A stretch of 64,000 bases of DNA from Ostreococcus lucimarinus (lineage: Eukaryota), in NCBI GenBank assembly GCA_000092065.1, contig CP000590.1; one strand, written 5' to 3'. Positions 19,110-30,233 of the stretch are shown here, piece by piece. The notes under the pieces were generated by a model, which was not told the DNA's origin, did not search any database, and saw nothing but the letters and a program-made list of their open reading frames with translations. Positions within the stretch are counted from its first letter, which is position 1, and each line of letters opens with the position of its first letter. The position numbers and the translations under genes were made by a program.

Positions 19110-20936
19110 ATGGCGACGCCGCGAATCGGCGTCGGACGGCGCGCGTGGCGTCGATGCGTCGAGGGCGCGCGCGCGACGACGACGACGGCGACGGCGACGA
19201 CGGCGGCGCGCGCGACGGCGCGCGCGAGCGGCGCGCGCGCGGCGACGACGACGACGCGCGCGCGCGCGCGCGAGGATCGAGCGACGGCGATCGGGGCGTG
19301 GGAGGCGATTCGCGAACGCGCGCGCGCGGCGCCGGACGCGACGGCGACGGCGAACGCGGCGGGCGACGGCGACGCGACGTACGCGGAGGTGATGGCGCTC
19401 GCGGCGCGCGTGGCGGAGGAGTTGAAGGCGCTGGACGTGCGGAAGGGCGATCGCGTGGGACTGGCGGCGACGGCGGGGATGGAGTATTGCGCGGCGGCGT
19501 ACGCGACGTGGGCGCGCGGGGGGGTGTCGGTGCCGATCGCGAGCTCGCACTCGGAGGAAGACGCGGCGTACGTGATGCGGCATTCGGGGATGCGGGTCGT
19601 GCTGATACCGCCGTTGGCGGACGGGGAGGAGGATTCGGAGACGTATGAGAAGTATGCGAGGGTGGCGACGCGGTTCGATTTGACGACGCTGCGGCTGCGG
19701 CACGTGCGGAGGCTCGACGCGGAATGGAAGGACGCCGACGCCGACGGCGCGGAGTTGGACGACGTCGTGAGCTCGCCAGATGATGGTGCGCTCATCATAT
19801 ACACGAGCGGAACCACCGGTCGACCCAAAGGGGCGTTGCACACGCACAGGTCGCTGTACGCGCAGTGCGCGGGCTTGATTGACGCGTGGCGTTGGGACCC
19901 GAGCGATCGAATCATCCACGCGTTGCCTTTGCATCACATCCACGGCATCGTCAACGCGTGGTTGTGCGCGCACGTCGTTGGCGCTACCGTGGAGTTCCAC
20001 CGTACGTTCACCCCTCGCGGGGTTTGGGCGCGACTTCGCGACGCGGCGCAGCCGCCGGTGACGGTTTTCATGGGCGTGCCGACGATGTACGTCATGCTCA
20101 TGCGCGCTTTGCAAGGGAACATGGCGCCTGAAGCGCGCGCGGAATCCATCGCCGCGGCGTCGAGACTACGCTTGACCGTGAGTGGGTCAGCGGCGTGCCC
20201 GGTGCCGGTGCTGGAGGATTGGCGCCGACTCACGGGACGAAGCTTGCTCGAGCGATACGGAATGACGGAGATCGGCATGGCGTTGAGCAATCCGTACGAA
20301 GAGTCCAAACACAAGCCTGGATACGTCGGATTGCCATTACCCGGTGTTCAAGTGAAGCTCGCACCTTTGGTTGGCGCGGACGGTGACGAGGACACGTCGG
20401 ATGTCGATTCCGGTGAGTATCTTCAAGGTCCGGGTGAGCTCCTCGTCAAAGGTGACAATTTGTTCACAGAGTACTATGACAACGCAGAGGCGACGTCGGA
20501 GAGCTTTGACGAAAGTGGATACTTTAAAACGGGAGATGTCGCAGCGATGGCAAGCGATGGGTTTTGGCGCATTCTCGGGCGCGCATCTGTGGACGTGCTT
20601 AAGATAGGAGGCTTCAAGGTGAGCGCGCTCGAAATCGAGGCGCGCCTGCTCGAAAATCCATCCATCGCCGAAGTCGCCGTATTGGGCATCCCGGACGAAG
20701 CGTACGGACAACGAGCGGTTGCGCTCGTCGTTCTCGCGCTCGACATGGAAACGGGCGAGCCCGCAAATTTGACGGAGGGTGATGTAACGCTGTGGGTTCG
20801 CCAAAATTTGGCGTCAAAGATGCATTTGCGCGTCGTCAAGTTTGCCGACAAAATGCCTCGAAACGCCATGGGCAAGGTGAACAAAAAGGACTTGCAAAGA
20901 ACGCACTTTGCCGAGTACTTTGAGCAGCAGCAGTAG
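19110..20936 (+). CDS. AMP-dependent synthetase/ligase (acyl-CoA synthetase, malonyl-CoA synthetase ACSF3/AAE13-like)
   Basis: AMP-binding motifs: IIYTSGTTGRPKGALHTHRSL (the P-loop-like box), YGMTE and GYFKTGDVAAMASDGFWRILGRASVDVLKIGGFKVSALEIE. The ATG at 19110 opens a targeting-like N-terminus (MATPRIGVGRRAWRR). The upstream part of ORF 18861.. is repeat translation. Confidence 0.75.
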   Translation: MATPRIGVGRRAWRRCVEGARATTTTATATTAARATARASGARAATTTTRARAREDRATAIGAWEAIRERARAAPDATATANAAGDGDATYAEVMALAARVAEELKALDVRKGDRVGLAATAGMEYCAAAYATWARGGVSVPIASSHSEEDAAYVMRHSGMRVVLIPPLADGEEDSETYEKYARVATRFDLTTLRLRHVRRLDAEWKDADADGAELDDVVSSPDDGALIIYTSGTTGRPKGALHTHRSLYAQCAGLIDAWRWDPSDRIIHALPLHHIHGIVNAWLCAHVVGATVEFHRTFTPRGVWARLRDAAQPPVTVFMGVPTMYVMLMRALQGNMAPEARAESIAAASRLRLTVSGSAACPVPVLEDWRRLTGRSLLERYGMTEIGMALSNPYEESKHKPGYVGLPLPGVQVKLAPLVGADGDEDTSDVDSGEYLQGPGELLVKGDNLFTEYYDNAEATSESFDESGYFKTGDVAAMASDGFWRILGRASVDVLKIGGFKVSALEIEARLLENPSIAEVAVLGIPDEAYGQRAVALVVLALDMETGEPANLTEGDVTLWVRQNLASKMHLRVVKFADKMPRNAMGKVNKKDLQRTHFAEYFEQQQ

Positions 20937-21030
20937 AGCAGCGGTGTAGCATTAATTTTGTATTGGTTGTAAATCACGATCATTGACAACGTATCTAAAA
21001 AATCGAATATCAGTACATGCCGTGTCGAGA

Positions 21031-23529
21031 TCATCGTGCCGTCGTCGACGCGAACTCTGGCAATGGGAAGTTGGAGAGAAGTTCGACGTCGGCCGGGGTC
21101 ACCGGAGGAGCTTCGCCGCGTAAGAATAGCGCAAGCGACGGCGGCGCGACAACTCTGTCGAGATACTTTTGCAATTCGTCGCCGTAAATTTTCTCCTTCT
21201 CTGCGAGTGCGGCGGTGAGTTCGCTCATGACTTCCGGGTTGGACCGAACGACATCGCACGCGACGAGCAAAGACGTGGTGAGCGTGTGCTTGACTTCCTT
21301 TTCGACGACAGCGTCAGCCTCACTTGCTTTATCGGAGCCGATGAGAAGATCTTCATTTCCTCCCGAAGACAGCGTAGAAACACTCATCGGGCCCAAGCTG
21401 GCGCTGAAACCCAATTCAGCGACGCTCTTGTACGCCAAGTTTGTCGCACGTTGAATATCGTCGCTCGCACCCGAGCTGATGCGCTTACACACCACCATTT
21501 CTGCCGCTCGTCCACCCATGAACGTCGTCACTTTCCCCAGGAGTTCATCCTTGTACATCAACCAACGATCTTCGGTTGGTGGGGTGTACGTAAAACCCAG
21601 AGCGCCTCCGCTTCGACTCACAATGCTCAGCGTTTCCGGACGCTCCGTGTCTGGAATCAGTCTTCCTACCGCCGCGGCGACGAGGGCGTGTCCCACTTCG
21701 TGCGCCGAGACCGTGCGCTTTTCCCCCGCAGTCAACAAGCTTCGCTTCTTCTCAATGCCCGCGATCGTACGAAGCACCGCGGCTTCAAAATCAGTGTAAC
21801 TCACAGTGCTCTTACCTTCGCGGCCCGCCAGTAGCGCCGCTTCGTTGACCAAATTTTCCAAGTCGGCGCCGGTGAAGCCCGCCGTCATTTGTGCGATGAT
21901 GTCGAGACCGGCGTCCTCGGCTAATGGAAGCGCCCGACGTCCGGTATGCACGGCCAAGATCTCGCGTCGACCTTGCTTATCTGGTCGATCGACGGAGATC
22001 GTACGGTCGAAACGTCCCGGGCGCCGCAACGCGGCGTCGAGCGTGTCGGCACGATTCGTAGCCGCGATGCAAATTACCATGGACTCTGTCTCAAACCCGT
22101 CGAGCTCGGTGAGCAACTGGTTTAGAGTTTGTTCGCGCTCGTCATTACCCATCCCTCGCATCTTACCGTCACCCCGGCTCTTCGCCACGGCGTCAATTTC
22201 ATCGATGAAGACGATGGACGGCGACTGCGCCTTGGCTCTTGCGAACACCTCGCGCACGCGCGCCGCACCCATGCCGACGTAGAGCTCAACAAACTCAGAT
22301 GCGGAGATCGAAATGAATGGAACGCCAGCTTCGCCTGCGACCGCGCGTGCGAGTAGTGTCTTGCCCGTCCCGGGTGCACCTACGAGCATGACGCCGCTCG
22401 GTGGCCGAGCGCCCAGCCGCGCGTACTTGGCCGGGTTCTTCAGAATATCGACGATTTCTTGGAGTTCTTCTTTCGCCTCATCCACGCCAGCAACGTCCGC
22501 GAACGTCGTCGTCGGCGGCGCGATCGCGTCGCGCGCGCGTCCGCCCCGCTGCACGCCGGGCATGGATATTCCACCCGGAGATCCCATCCCTCGCATCCCC
22601 GGACCGCCGAAATTGCCTTGACCTTGACCTCGAAACACGTTCACCAAGAGGACGAACATCAGCAACGCCACCCAAGGTGCAAAATTCGGTCCGTTCCTGG
22701 AATCTGGTGCGCTCACATCTACTCTATTCTTCAGCAAGACATCATACGGCATCGGCGCATCTTTTGGTCGCGACGTGTGATACACGACCTCGACCTCCCT
22801 CGGCTCGTCGAACGGCGTCCCCGTCGACCCCTCCGCTGCGGCGCTCGTCGTCACCATCTTCCTCGCCTTCGGCGCCCACGTGAGCTGATTCCCATCGATG
22901 TGCACCGCTCGCACCTCGTTTCTATTCGCACTATCCACGAACGCATCAAACCGCGTCGGTATCGGATGCGACTTCGTCGTCGTCTTCGCGCTCAGCGCGA
23001 ACGCCGTCGCGCTAAACGCGACGTAAAACAAAAACCCTTTCCCGACCAGTTTCGCCAGCTCCATCGGTTGCAGCACGTTCGCCACCCACCACGCCAACCC
23101 GCGCTCGGGTTCGCGCGGTCCGCGCTCATCGCTCGTCGGTTCGCCTCGTTCGCCTCGCGCGCTCGCCTCGGGCGCGCTCGGTGGTTGCTGATTCTCGCTC
23201 CCCTTCTCGCGTCTATCCGGGCCGTGCTCCCCCGGCGCGTTCGTCGACGTCGACGCTCGCGTCACGACGTCCTCGCGCGCGCGCCGCGCGCGTCCGATCG
23301 CGCCGTCCGTCACCGCGCGCGTGGTCGCGGCGGCGCCGACGACGATGACGTGGCGTCGCTCGCGCGCGTCTTCTCGCGCCCCCGGCGCGCGCGCGACGCG
23401 CGCGGCGCGCGGCGCGCGCGCGACGCGCATCGCGCGCGTCGGCGCGCGCGGTCCGGACGCGTCGGCGCGCATCGCGCGCGTCGGCGCCGCGCTCGAAATC
23501 GCCATCGCGACTCGAAGTGCCGACGGCAT
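21031..23529 (-). CDS. ftsH: ATP-dependent zinc metalloprotease FtsH (AAA+ domain plus M41 peptidase), organelle-targeted
   Basis: Walker [28 protein letters not shown], Walker [11 protein letters not shown], the second region of homology, and the HEVGHALVA zinc site. The N-terminus is an R/A-rich transit peptide with internal DNA repeats at 23380-23500. Confidence 0.85.
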   Translation of the reverse strand: MPSALRVAMAISSAAPTRAMRADASGPRAPTRAMRVARAPRAARVARAPGAREDARERRHVIVVGAAATTRAVTDGAIGRARRAREDVVTRASTSTNAPGEHGPDRREKGSENQQPPSAPEASARGERGEPTSDERGPREPERGLAWWVANVLQPMELAKLVGKGFLFYVAFSATAFALSAKTTTKSHPIPTRFDAFVDSANRNEVRAVHIDGNQLTWAPKARKMVTTSAAAEGSTGTPFDEPREVEVVYHTSRPKDAPMPYDVLLKNRVDVSAPDSRNGPNFAPWVALLMFVLLVNVFRGQGQGNFGGPGMRGMGSPGGISMPGVQRGGRARDAIAPPTTTFADVAGVDEAKEELQEIVDILKNPAKYARLGARPPSGVMLVGAPGTGKTLLARAVAGEAGVPFISISASEFVELYVGMGAARVREVFARAKAQSPSIVFIDEIDAVAKSRGDGKMRGMGNDEREQTLNQLLTELDGFETESMVICIAATNRADTLDAALRRPGRFDRTISVDRPDKQGRREILAVHTGRRALPLAEDAGLDIIAQMTAGFTGADLENLVNEAALLAGREGKSTVSYTDFEAAVLRTIAGIEKKRSLLTAGEKRTVSAHEVGHALVAAAVGRLIPDTERPETLSIVSRSGGALGFTYTPPTEDRWLMYKDELLGKVTTFMGGRAAEMVVCKRISSGASDDIQRATNLAYKSVAELGFSASLGPMSVSTLSSGGNEDLLIGSDKASEADAVVEKEVKHTLTTSLLVACDVVRSNPEVMSELTAALAEKEKIYGDELQKYLDRVVAPPSLALFLRGEAPPVTPADVELLSNFPLPEFASTTAR

Positions 23530-23721
23530 AGCGCGACGACGCGACGTCCGACGGGCGCGCGCGTCGCGGCGGTGATGGCGCCCGCGCGCGTGGCGTGCGC
23601 GTGGCGCGCGCGCGATCGCGCGTCCTCGAGCGCGGCGCCGCGCGTGCGCGAGTACCTACGACTTCGTGAGATTTTAACGCGCGAGCTGAACGTGTGCGCG
23701 AGCAAGCGCGCGTCGCACGCG

Positions 23722-24336
23722 ATGGCGATACGATGCATGCGCAGGGTCGTTCCCGAAGGCTCGCTCGTGGACGGACCGACGAAGGAGGAGCTGCGAAGCG
23801 CGCCCGAGGAGTTTTGGACGCTGGAGTTTAAGAATCCGACGCGGCGAAGCGTCGTCGCGCGAGGCGCGGCGAGCGGAGACGGTCGCGGTGGTGGCGATGA
23901 CGACCGCGCGAACGAAGACGAGGTGAAGGGAACGTACACGTGCGACGAAGACGAGGTTGGGGAATTTTTAGCGTCGTCGGCGACGCGGTTTCATAGAGCG
24001 GCGCAGTCGTACGTCGTCGCGGGAGACGCGTTCGACGCGGGCGATTTCAACGTCAAGATTTGTCGCGTCGAGACGAGCTCGGGGCAGTACGTGGGGACTA
24101 TTTTAGATTTGAGTTATCGCGCGACGAACGACGCGCGCACGGCGAGCGCGGCGTTGAGGGAGTTCGCCGCGCACGCGACGTCGACGGCGAACGCCGCCGC
24201 CGAATCCGACGACGATTTGGGCGACTTCGTCCTCAAAGATCTTCGCGAGAGTTGTCCTTTGCGCGCGTATCGCGCGCCGGCCGGGGATTTACAGTGCGCC
24301 ATTAGCTACGTCGACGCCGTTCGCGCGCTTTTGTGA
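23722..24336 (+). CDS. Hypothetical 204-aa protein
   Basis: This is the in-frame ATG inside ORF 22459..24336; the upstream part of that ORF is antisense to FtsH. No domain is recognised. Support comes from coding-like composition only. Confidence 0.3.
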   Translation: MAIRCMRRVVPEGSLVDGPTKEELRSAPEEFWTLEFKNPTRRSVVARGAASGDGRGGGDDDRANEDEVKGTYTCDEDEVGEFLASSATRFHRAAQSYVVAGDAFDAGDFNVKICRVETSSGQYVGTILDLSYRATNDARTASAALREFAAHATSTANAAAESDDDLGDFVLKDLRESCPLRAYRAPAGDLQCAISYVDAVRALL

Positions 24337-24407
24337 TCCTCGAGCGCGTGTAATCCAGCGCTTCTCGTTCGCGGACGCGTCGAAGAGCAAAAAGCCGTTA
24401 GCGCCAC

Positions 24408-26180
24408 ATGACGACTCCCGCCGCGCCGCGCTGGCCGTCGCTCTCGGTCGAGCGCGCCGCGCCCGGCGCGAGCGACGGTGACGACGTCGACGACGACGCG
24501 TGGGTGTCGTTCGCCGAAGACGCCGCCGTGCGCGCGCGCGACGACGCCGAAACGGCGGTTCGCGACGCCGAGTTCGAACGCGCGCTCGAACGCGTGCGCG
24601 AGGCGAAGCGCGAGCGCGCGCGCGCGCAGGCGCGGAAGGCGACGACGCGGAGCGCATTTCTCGAAGACGACGCGCGAGAGGAGCGCGCGCGAGAGGACGA
24701 GGATGGGGAGGTTGGGGGCGACGTCGCGCGCGGCTGGCGCGGCGAGTTCGCGGCGCGGGACGGCGACCCGGCGCCGGCGCCGAGGACGCTTCCGCAAGCG
24801 TGGACGGCGCCGACGTTGAATTTAAACGTGGACGATGAGGACGTGGAGACGTTCGCGCGAGAGGCGGCGACGCGGGCGACGTGGGCGAGCGAGGCGGCGA
24901 CGGCGGCGACGCGGGAGTCGGACGCCGTGGCGGAGTTGACGCAGCACGTTCGACGGTTGAGCTCGGCGTTGAGCGCGTGCGAGCGCCGCGAGAGCGCGGC
25001 GGAGGCGGCGGCGACGGCGGAGGCGGAGCGCGCAGCGGCGACGGAGCACGAATATTTGCAAACAAAGGCGCGCTTGAAGGCGCGCGATTTGGACATAGGC
25101 GAGTTGAACCAAGTCGTCTTCGCGCTCAAGAGACGAGTCGACGAGTTGACGGACGCCCTGGACGAGGCGAGAAGGGACGGGGAAAAGTATAGAATGGAAA
25201 TCGCGGAGCTCAAAGTGAACGATTCCGAGCTCAGAAGGACGGTGGAGAAGAGGGCGGTGAGCGAACGCATGGCGTACAACGCGAACGAGAACACAAAGCG
25301 CGATATTTTGGCGTTACAGAGCAAGTGCCGGACGTTAGAGGAAGAGAACGGACGTTTGAGCGAACGTTTAGCGCAGAGTGAAGATCGAGGTTTCGAGGCG
25401 AGCAAGTCTGCGCAACGTTTTCATCAGCTCGCCGAGGCTTCGGCGCGAGAAAATGAGATTTTGCAACGCGCCAACGACGCCGCGGCGAATGAAAATGCGC
25501 GCTTAAACCAAGAGCTCAAAGAGTTGCACAAGGAAGTACGCGCCGCGCATACGCAGACAAGCGTCGATCGAGCAAACGTTAACGCGAGTGTTGCGTACGT
25601 ACCGCCACCCGCGCCGACGCGCGCACCTTTGGAACCAGTCTTGGAGCCGCAGGTGGCACAGCCCAAAATCTCGGCGCATACAGTTACACAAACCACTGCG
25701 CTGACGAAGCAGACTTCCGCACCGCTGGCGGATCCGAAAGTAAACGCACCATCGATTGTTACTCGCGTGCAAATGTTCGATAACTCGGAATACAAGCGAC
25801 GAATGCGAGAAGGGAGTGGATTCTTTTACGACATGCAGGGCGTCGACGCGCCCAAACCCAAACCGCCGGCGCGGCGCCCCGCTCCTTCTCAGCCTCGACC
25901 CGGCGAACGCTACGTCCCTCCCGCCGAGCCATTGGAGCGTTCGTTAAGTTACGACGAATGGATGGCTAAAATTTCAGCTTTGGAGCACGAGCACATGAAG
26001 CTCGCGCTCGATCGAGACCAAATAGAAGCCGAGCTCAACAAGCTTCCGCTCGGCGCAGGTCGAAACATGCTCGAGCGCGAGCGCAAACGCGAGCTCAACG
26101 ATCGCCTCACCCAGATTCGCGCGGCTTTGAAAATCAACCGCGAGTCGCTTCGAACGGTCAAAGATGCACGGCACGGGTAG
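24408..26180 (+). CDS. Coiled-coil protein (long heptad-repeat central region); the C-terminal 70 aa are weakly enkurin-like
   Basis: About 300 aa of E/R/K/L-rich coiled coil (ELTDALDEARRDGEKYRMEIAELKVNDSELRRTVEKRAV...). The C-terminus reads YDEWMAKISALEHEHMKLALDRDQIEAELNKLPLGAGRNMLERERKRELNDRLTQIRAAL. Confidence 0.5.
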   Translation: MTTPAAPRWPSLSVERAAPGASDGDDVDDDAWVSFAEDAAVRARDDAETAVRDAEFERALERVREAKRERARAQARKATTRSAFLEDDAREERAREDEDGEVGGDVARGWRGEFAARDGDPAPAPRTLPQAWTAPTLNLNVDDEDVETFAREAATRATWASEAATAATRESDAVAELTQHVRRLSSALSACERRESAAEAAATAEAERAAATEHEYLQTKARLKARDLDIGELNQVVFALKRRVDELTDALDEARRDGEKYRMEIAELKVNDSELRRTVEKRAVSERMAYNANENTKRDILALQSKCRTLEEENGRLSERLAQSEDRGFEASKSAQRFHQLAEASARENEILQRANDAAANENARLNQELKELHKEVRAAHTQTSVDRANVNASVAYVPPPAPTRAPLEPVLEPQVAQPKISAHTVTQTTALTKQTSAPLADPKVNAPSIVTRVQMFDNSEYKRRMREGSGFFYDMQGVDAPKPKPPARRPAPSQPRPGERYVPPAEPLERSLSYDEWMAKISALEHEHMKLALDRDQIEAELNKLPLGAGRNMLERERKRELNDRLTQIRAALKINRESLRTVKDARHG

Positions 26181-26408
26181 TCATGTCGACTTTGTTTGTA
26201 ATCCCGAGACTCGCTCGCGCGTTCGCGTCCTCCCTACGATGAGATCAAGCGCGCTCTCGCCGCAGTCTACGCCTCGCGCGCGCGCTCAAGACTCCCGAAC
26301 GCGCGCGCGAGCGAAGATCACTCTCGTCGCGCGTCGTTTTGGACGCGCCGTTCGCGCCACGACGCCCACGGTGCGACGCAGCGACGCGACGTCGACGACA
26401 ATCCAACC

Positions 26409-28394
26409 ATGCTTGCGCTCCCGAAATACCTCGCGCTGAGCGCCGGTGCGGTGACGTGCGTCGTCGCGCACGCGCTGTACACGCGGGAACAATACTTTCC
26501 GGCGATGGTGTACCTGAGCACGAGCAAAGCGGCGCTGGTGGCGATCGGAAACTTTGCGTTCGCTTTGATGTTGGTGTTGGCGCACGCCGTCAAGGCGACG
26601 TTTCTGGGGACGCTTCGGGAGGCGGAGGTCGAGCGGTTGTACGAACGCACGCGAGACGCAGTGATGGAGACGTGCCTAGCGATGACAATATTTCGAGAGG
26701 AGTTTAACTCGCGGTTCGTCGCGCTGTTCGTGAGCTTATTGTTCGTGAAGGCGTTTCACTGGTTGTACCAGGACAGGGTGCAGTACACGGAGACGGCGCC
26801 GACGCTGAGTCGGTTCACGCACGTGCGACTGGCGACGTTCATGGGAACGTTGTTGTTGGTGGATTTGAGCATGCTGAGCTACATCGTCGGGAACACGATC
26901 GAGAACGGACCGAGCGTGTTGTTGTTGTTTGGGTTTGAGTACGTGATTCTCGCCACAAAGCTCTTCGTCGGGTTCGCAAAGTACTTGATCATTAGCGCTG
27001 ATCGAATGCTGGACGGACAATGGCAAGGCAAAGGGACGTGTGTGTTTTATCTTGAGCTCGTGACGGATTTGTTACAGCTCTTTGTGTACTTTGTCTTCTT
27101 TTTGATCATTTTTGCGTACTACGGGATGCCAGTGCACCTCGTTCGAGATTTGTACGTGACGTTTAGAAACTTTAGAAAGCGAGTGGAAGAGTTCATTCGA
27201 TACCGTCGAGTGACTGCAAATTTGAACGATCGATTTCCTGATTCCACCGCCGAGGACTTATCCACGGGGGACGACGTGTGCATCATTTGCCGAGAGAATA
27301 TGGAAGTGGACGCGCAAGGCGGGAGCAAACCGAAGAAGTTGCCGTGCGGACACTCCTTTCATTTGCATTGCCTTCGGTCTTGGTTGGAACGCCAGCAAGC
27401 GTGCCCGACGTGCAGACAGTCTGTCTTACCCGAACGCGAACGACGCGCCAACGCTGCGCGGGAAGCGGCGGAAGAAGCGCAGTGGCAGCCTTTACCGCCA
27501 GAGCTGCAAGCCGGATACGTACCGCCAGAGGTGGCTGCGCAGTTGGACCGCGAGGTAGAAGAGTTTGCGCGCGACCAACGCAGGGGGGTGCAGGCACCAA
27601 ATGATGCCACCCGTGATCGAGTGCCACGCCATGCCGCAACTCTGAACAGACCACCGGAGGGAGTGCCGCCTCAGACGCCGCCCAGCTCACAACCGCGAAC
27701 TCCGCTCCAAACGTCACCGATGGAACACCCTCGACAGGCGCAGCAACTGCAGCAACAGTTCACACCATCGCGCGCTTGGAGTTCTCCAGAGGCTTTCACT
27801 GCAGCACGCGCGGCGCAGGAAGCCCGCAACGTGACATCAGAAACAATGGACGTAGAGTCATCGCACCGAGTCGCCACCGCCGTGGCCTCGGCGGTAGCCG
27901 CGGCGAGCGCGCAGGCGCAGCTCGCTTTCGCGAGCGTCGCTCCATTTGGCACGCCTGGACTCGTTGAGGTCGCGACTGCGCACGCCTCTGGTGCGCTCGC
28001 ACCTTTATCTCCTTTGCCCTCGCCCGGAACTCAGCGCCCTTCGTTCTCGCCCATGCCTCGCGACGCGTCGCCGGCGGTCCGTGTCGCTGTCGAAGCCGAG
28101 CGTCAAGCCACTTTAGACGCCTTGAACGCCCAGGTGCGCTTATTACAAGCGCAGATGGCCACGCTTCAGGTTCAAGCGAACGATGAAGAGCTCGAAGTCG
28201 CCACCAGAGCGGTTTCCGGCTCTCGCGGCAAGGAAATCGCGGACGAGGACGACGAGCCAGTCGCGGCGTCCGCGGCCAGCGCGTCCGCGACCACAACACC
28301 TCTGACATCGGCACAACCCATTCGTCGAGACGATGATGACGGTCCGGCCGCCGACCTGCGCCGCCGACGTTTGCAGGCCTTCCGTAGCGACTAG
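26409..28394 (+). CDS. HRD1: ER-associated degradation E3 ubiquitin ligase HRD1/synoviolin (multi-TM, RING-H2)
   Basis: Six N-terminal TM helices, then the RING-H2 CIICRENMEVDAQGGSKPKKLPCGHSFHLHCLRSWLERQQACPTCR, with a Pro/Gln-rich tail. Confidence 0.85.
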   Translation: MLALPKYLALSAGAVTCVVAHALYTREQYFPAMVYLSTSKAALVAIGNFAFALMLVLAHAVKATFLGTLREAEVERLYERTRDAVMETCLAMTIFREEFNSRFVALFVSLLFVKAFHWLYQDRVQYTETAPTLSRFTHVRLATFMGTLLLVDLSMLSYIVGNTIENGPSVLLLFGFEYVILATKLFVGFAKYLIISADRMLDGQWQGKGTCVFYLELVTDLLQLFVYFVFFLIIFAYYGMPVHLVRDLYVTFRNFRKRVEEFIRYRRVTANLNDRFPDSTAEDLSTGDDVCIICRENMEVDAQGGSKPKKLPCGHSFHLHCLRSWLERQQACPTCRQSVLPERERRANAAREAAEEAQWQPLPPELQAGYVPPEVAAQLDREVEEFARDQRRGVQAPNDATRDRVPRHAATLNRPPEGVPPQTPPSSQPRTPLQTSPMEHPRQAQQLQQQFTPSRAWSSPEAFTAARAAQEARNVTSETMDVESSHRVATAVASAVAAASAQAQLAFASVAPFGTPGLVEVATAHASGALAPLSPLPSPGTQRPSFSPMPRDASPAVRVAVEAERQATLDALNAQVRLLQAQMATLQVQANDEELEVATRAVSGSRGKEIADEDDEPVAASAASASATTTPLTSAQPIRRDDDDGPAADLRRRRLQAFRSD

Positions 28395-28459
28395 AAGAAC
28401 GACCATTTGTAAAAGCCACCGCCGAGCCCCGAGCCGTCACCAGTCCCCAACGCACCATC

Positions 28460-30103
28460 ATGGGTCAAAAGCGCTACGCACGCTCGCTCAAGCAAGACGA
28501 GCGCAGGCGCGAGCTCGCCGAGCTCGCCAAGCGCCCTCGCGCGCCGAGCATTCGGCAAAAAGTCGCCGCGTTCAACGCAGAGATATTGGAGACCGCCGAC
28601 CTGCAAGCCATTAAGTCGTGGGGCGGCGCGCGCGGCACCGTCGCGTCCGCGTCATCCGGCGACGCCGACGCCGAAGGCGTGGTCGACGCGCATTGCGTCG
28701 TGGTCGGGAACTTACCGGTCGATCTGAGGCCGGAGGATGTGAAGGCGGCGCTGACGCCGCTCGTGGTAGAAAAAGCGCGCGACGCCGGCGTGGACGCGGC
28801 GAAGGAACTCGTCGGTGATATCGGCGTCGGGGTGTTTGGACCGTGTAGACCGAAGACGAGACGCGATCGCGATCGCGAATTCAGAGGGTTTGCGGTGGTT
28901 CGATTTCGAAGTGCGAGCGGTGCGGCGGCGGCGGCGACGGCGCTTCACGGGACGACGTTTCGCACCAAGTCCGCGAAATGGCCCGAGCGAGTCTTGAACG
29001 CAAGATTAGATGATAAGGGTGAGTATGACGACGCTTACGTCCGTGGGCTACGCGGAAGCGCGCCGAAAATACCCGATAAAGTGTCAAAAAAGGAGCCGCG
29101 AAAGCGTTGGAAGATGGCCGAATTGGAAAATTTACCAATGCGACAGAAATGTCTCTCCACGCATACGCGTTTTAGCGATCTAGATGGCAAGCTTCGAGTG
29201 CGATTGCTGGAGTACTTAAGTACGGCGATACCTGCGATGCCTGAGCTCGCGGGTGTGGTGCTCGCGATGGAGCAGAGCGCGCCGCATTACTTGAGAATCA
29301 AAGAATTGATTGAATCCATCGAGTGCTTCAATGTGATTCTTGGACACTTAAACTCTGCGGAATCCACTGCTGGACGTTCGATGGACGATGTACGAGTGTA
29401 CGATACGTTTTTCGATCTCGCATGCGGCCACGGTCTCGTTGGCGTTTTACTTGCGTACGCGTTTCCGACGCGTACAGTGCGCTCGTTCGATCACACCAAA
29501 CGGGCAGCTTTCTTTGCGTTCTGTCATGCATTTGAGCAAATGCGCAAAACAATGACGCGAAAGCCTTGGACCGTGGGTGCGATTGACTGGGATACCGAAG
29601 AAATGTTCGTCGCGAGCAACCGATTGGAAGAAACGAATGACGCGAGCACGGCACCAAAGGATGTGCGCGACGACGAGGAGCCAGCGTTGTCGAACATCGT
29701 CTTCACTTTGGGTGACATTGACGACGCAAGAGCGCTCGTCAACGCATCGAGCTTCGTCGTCGCCCTTCATGGGTGCAACGAAGCCAACAAAGTCGCCGTA
29801 GAGATGGCCAAAAGTCAAGACGCCGTGTGGGCCGTCATGCCATGTTGCATCAAAGCTTCAATTTATTTGCCCGAGTGCATCGTCTCCAAGCTCGACGACG
29901 ACTCCAAGTACGGTTTCATGTGCGGCGTCATGTGTCAAAAATACGACGCACAGTTGATCCGCGCCATCGACACTCGCATCACAACTCGAGCGATCGTCTT
30001 GTGCGGCGGTATCAAGGGCTTTAAGAAGCATTGTTTCGTCATCGGGAACAATACCAAGATACAGCGCGAGCGCGAGCGCAAAATGGAGGCGCCGCTTCAC
30101 TAG
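28460..30103 (+). CDS. RRM-like domain fused to a Methyltransf_32-type SAM methyltransferase (METTL25/RRNAD1-like)
   Basis: VVVGNLPVDLRPEDVKAAL...FRGFAVVRF is RRM-like. VYDTFFDLACGHGLVGVLLA is motif I. VVALHGCNEANKV and MPCCIKAS are the LHACG and PCC motifs diagnostic of Methyltransf_32. Confidence 0.55.
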   Translation: MGQKRYARSLKQDERRRELAELAKRPRAPSIRQKVAAFNAEILETADLQAIKSWGGARGTVASASSGDADAEGVVDAHCVVVGNLPVDLRPEDVKAALTPLVVEKARDAGVDAAKELVGDIGVGVFGPCRPKTRRDRDREFRGFAVVRFRSASGAAAAATALHGTTFRTKSAKWPERVLNARLDDKGEYDDAYVRGLRGSAPKIPDKVSKKEPRKRWKMAELENLPMRQKCLSTHTRFSDLDGKLRVRLLEYLSTAIPAMPELAGVVLAMEQSAPHYLRIKELIESIECFNVILGHLNSAESTAGRSMDDVRVYDTFFDLACGHGLVGVLLAYAFPTRTVRSFDHTKRAAFFAFCHAFEQMRKTMTRKPWTVGAIDWDTEEMFVASNRLEETNDASTAPKDVRDDEEPALSNIVFTLGDIDDARALVNASSFVVALHGCNEANKVAVEMAKSQDAVWAVMPCCIKASIYLPECIVSKLDDDSKYGFMCGVMCQKYDAQLIRAIDTRITTRAIVLCGGIKGFKKHCFVIGNNTKIQRERERKMEAPLH

Positions 30104-30182
30104 CCGACGCTTGAACCTTCGCAAAACGTCGCCAATGTCAGACACGGCGTGATCGCACGCTCGCAGACAATCCATCGGCGAC

Positions 30183-30201
30183 ATGTCTAGCTCGTCTTGG
30201 A

Positions 30202-30233
<32 letters not shown>

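Noticed and set aside
24289-25405. Minus-strand ORFs 24289..25065 and 24398..25405 (P/S/A/R-rich)
   Set aside because: They are antisense to the well-formed coiled-coil gene 24408..26180 and have low-complexity composition.
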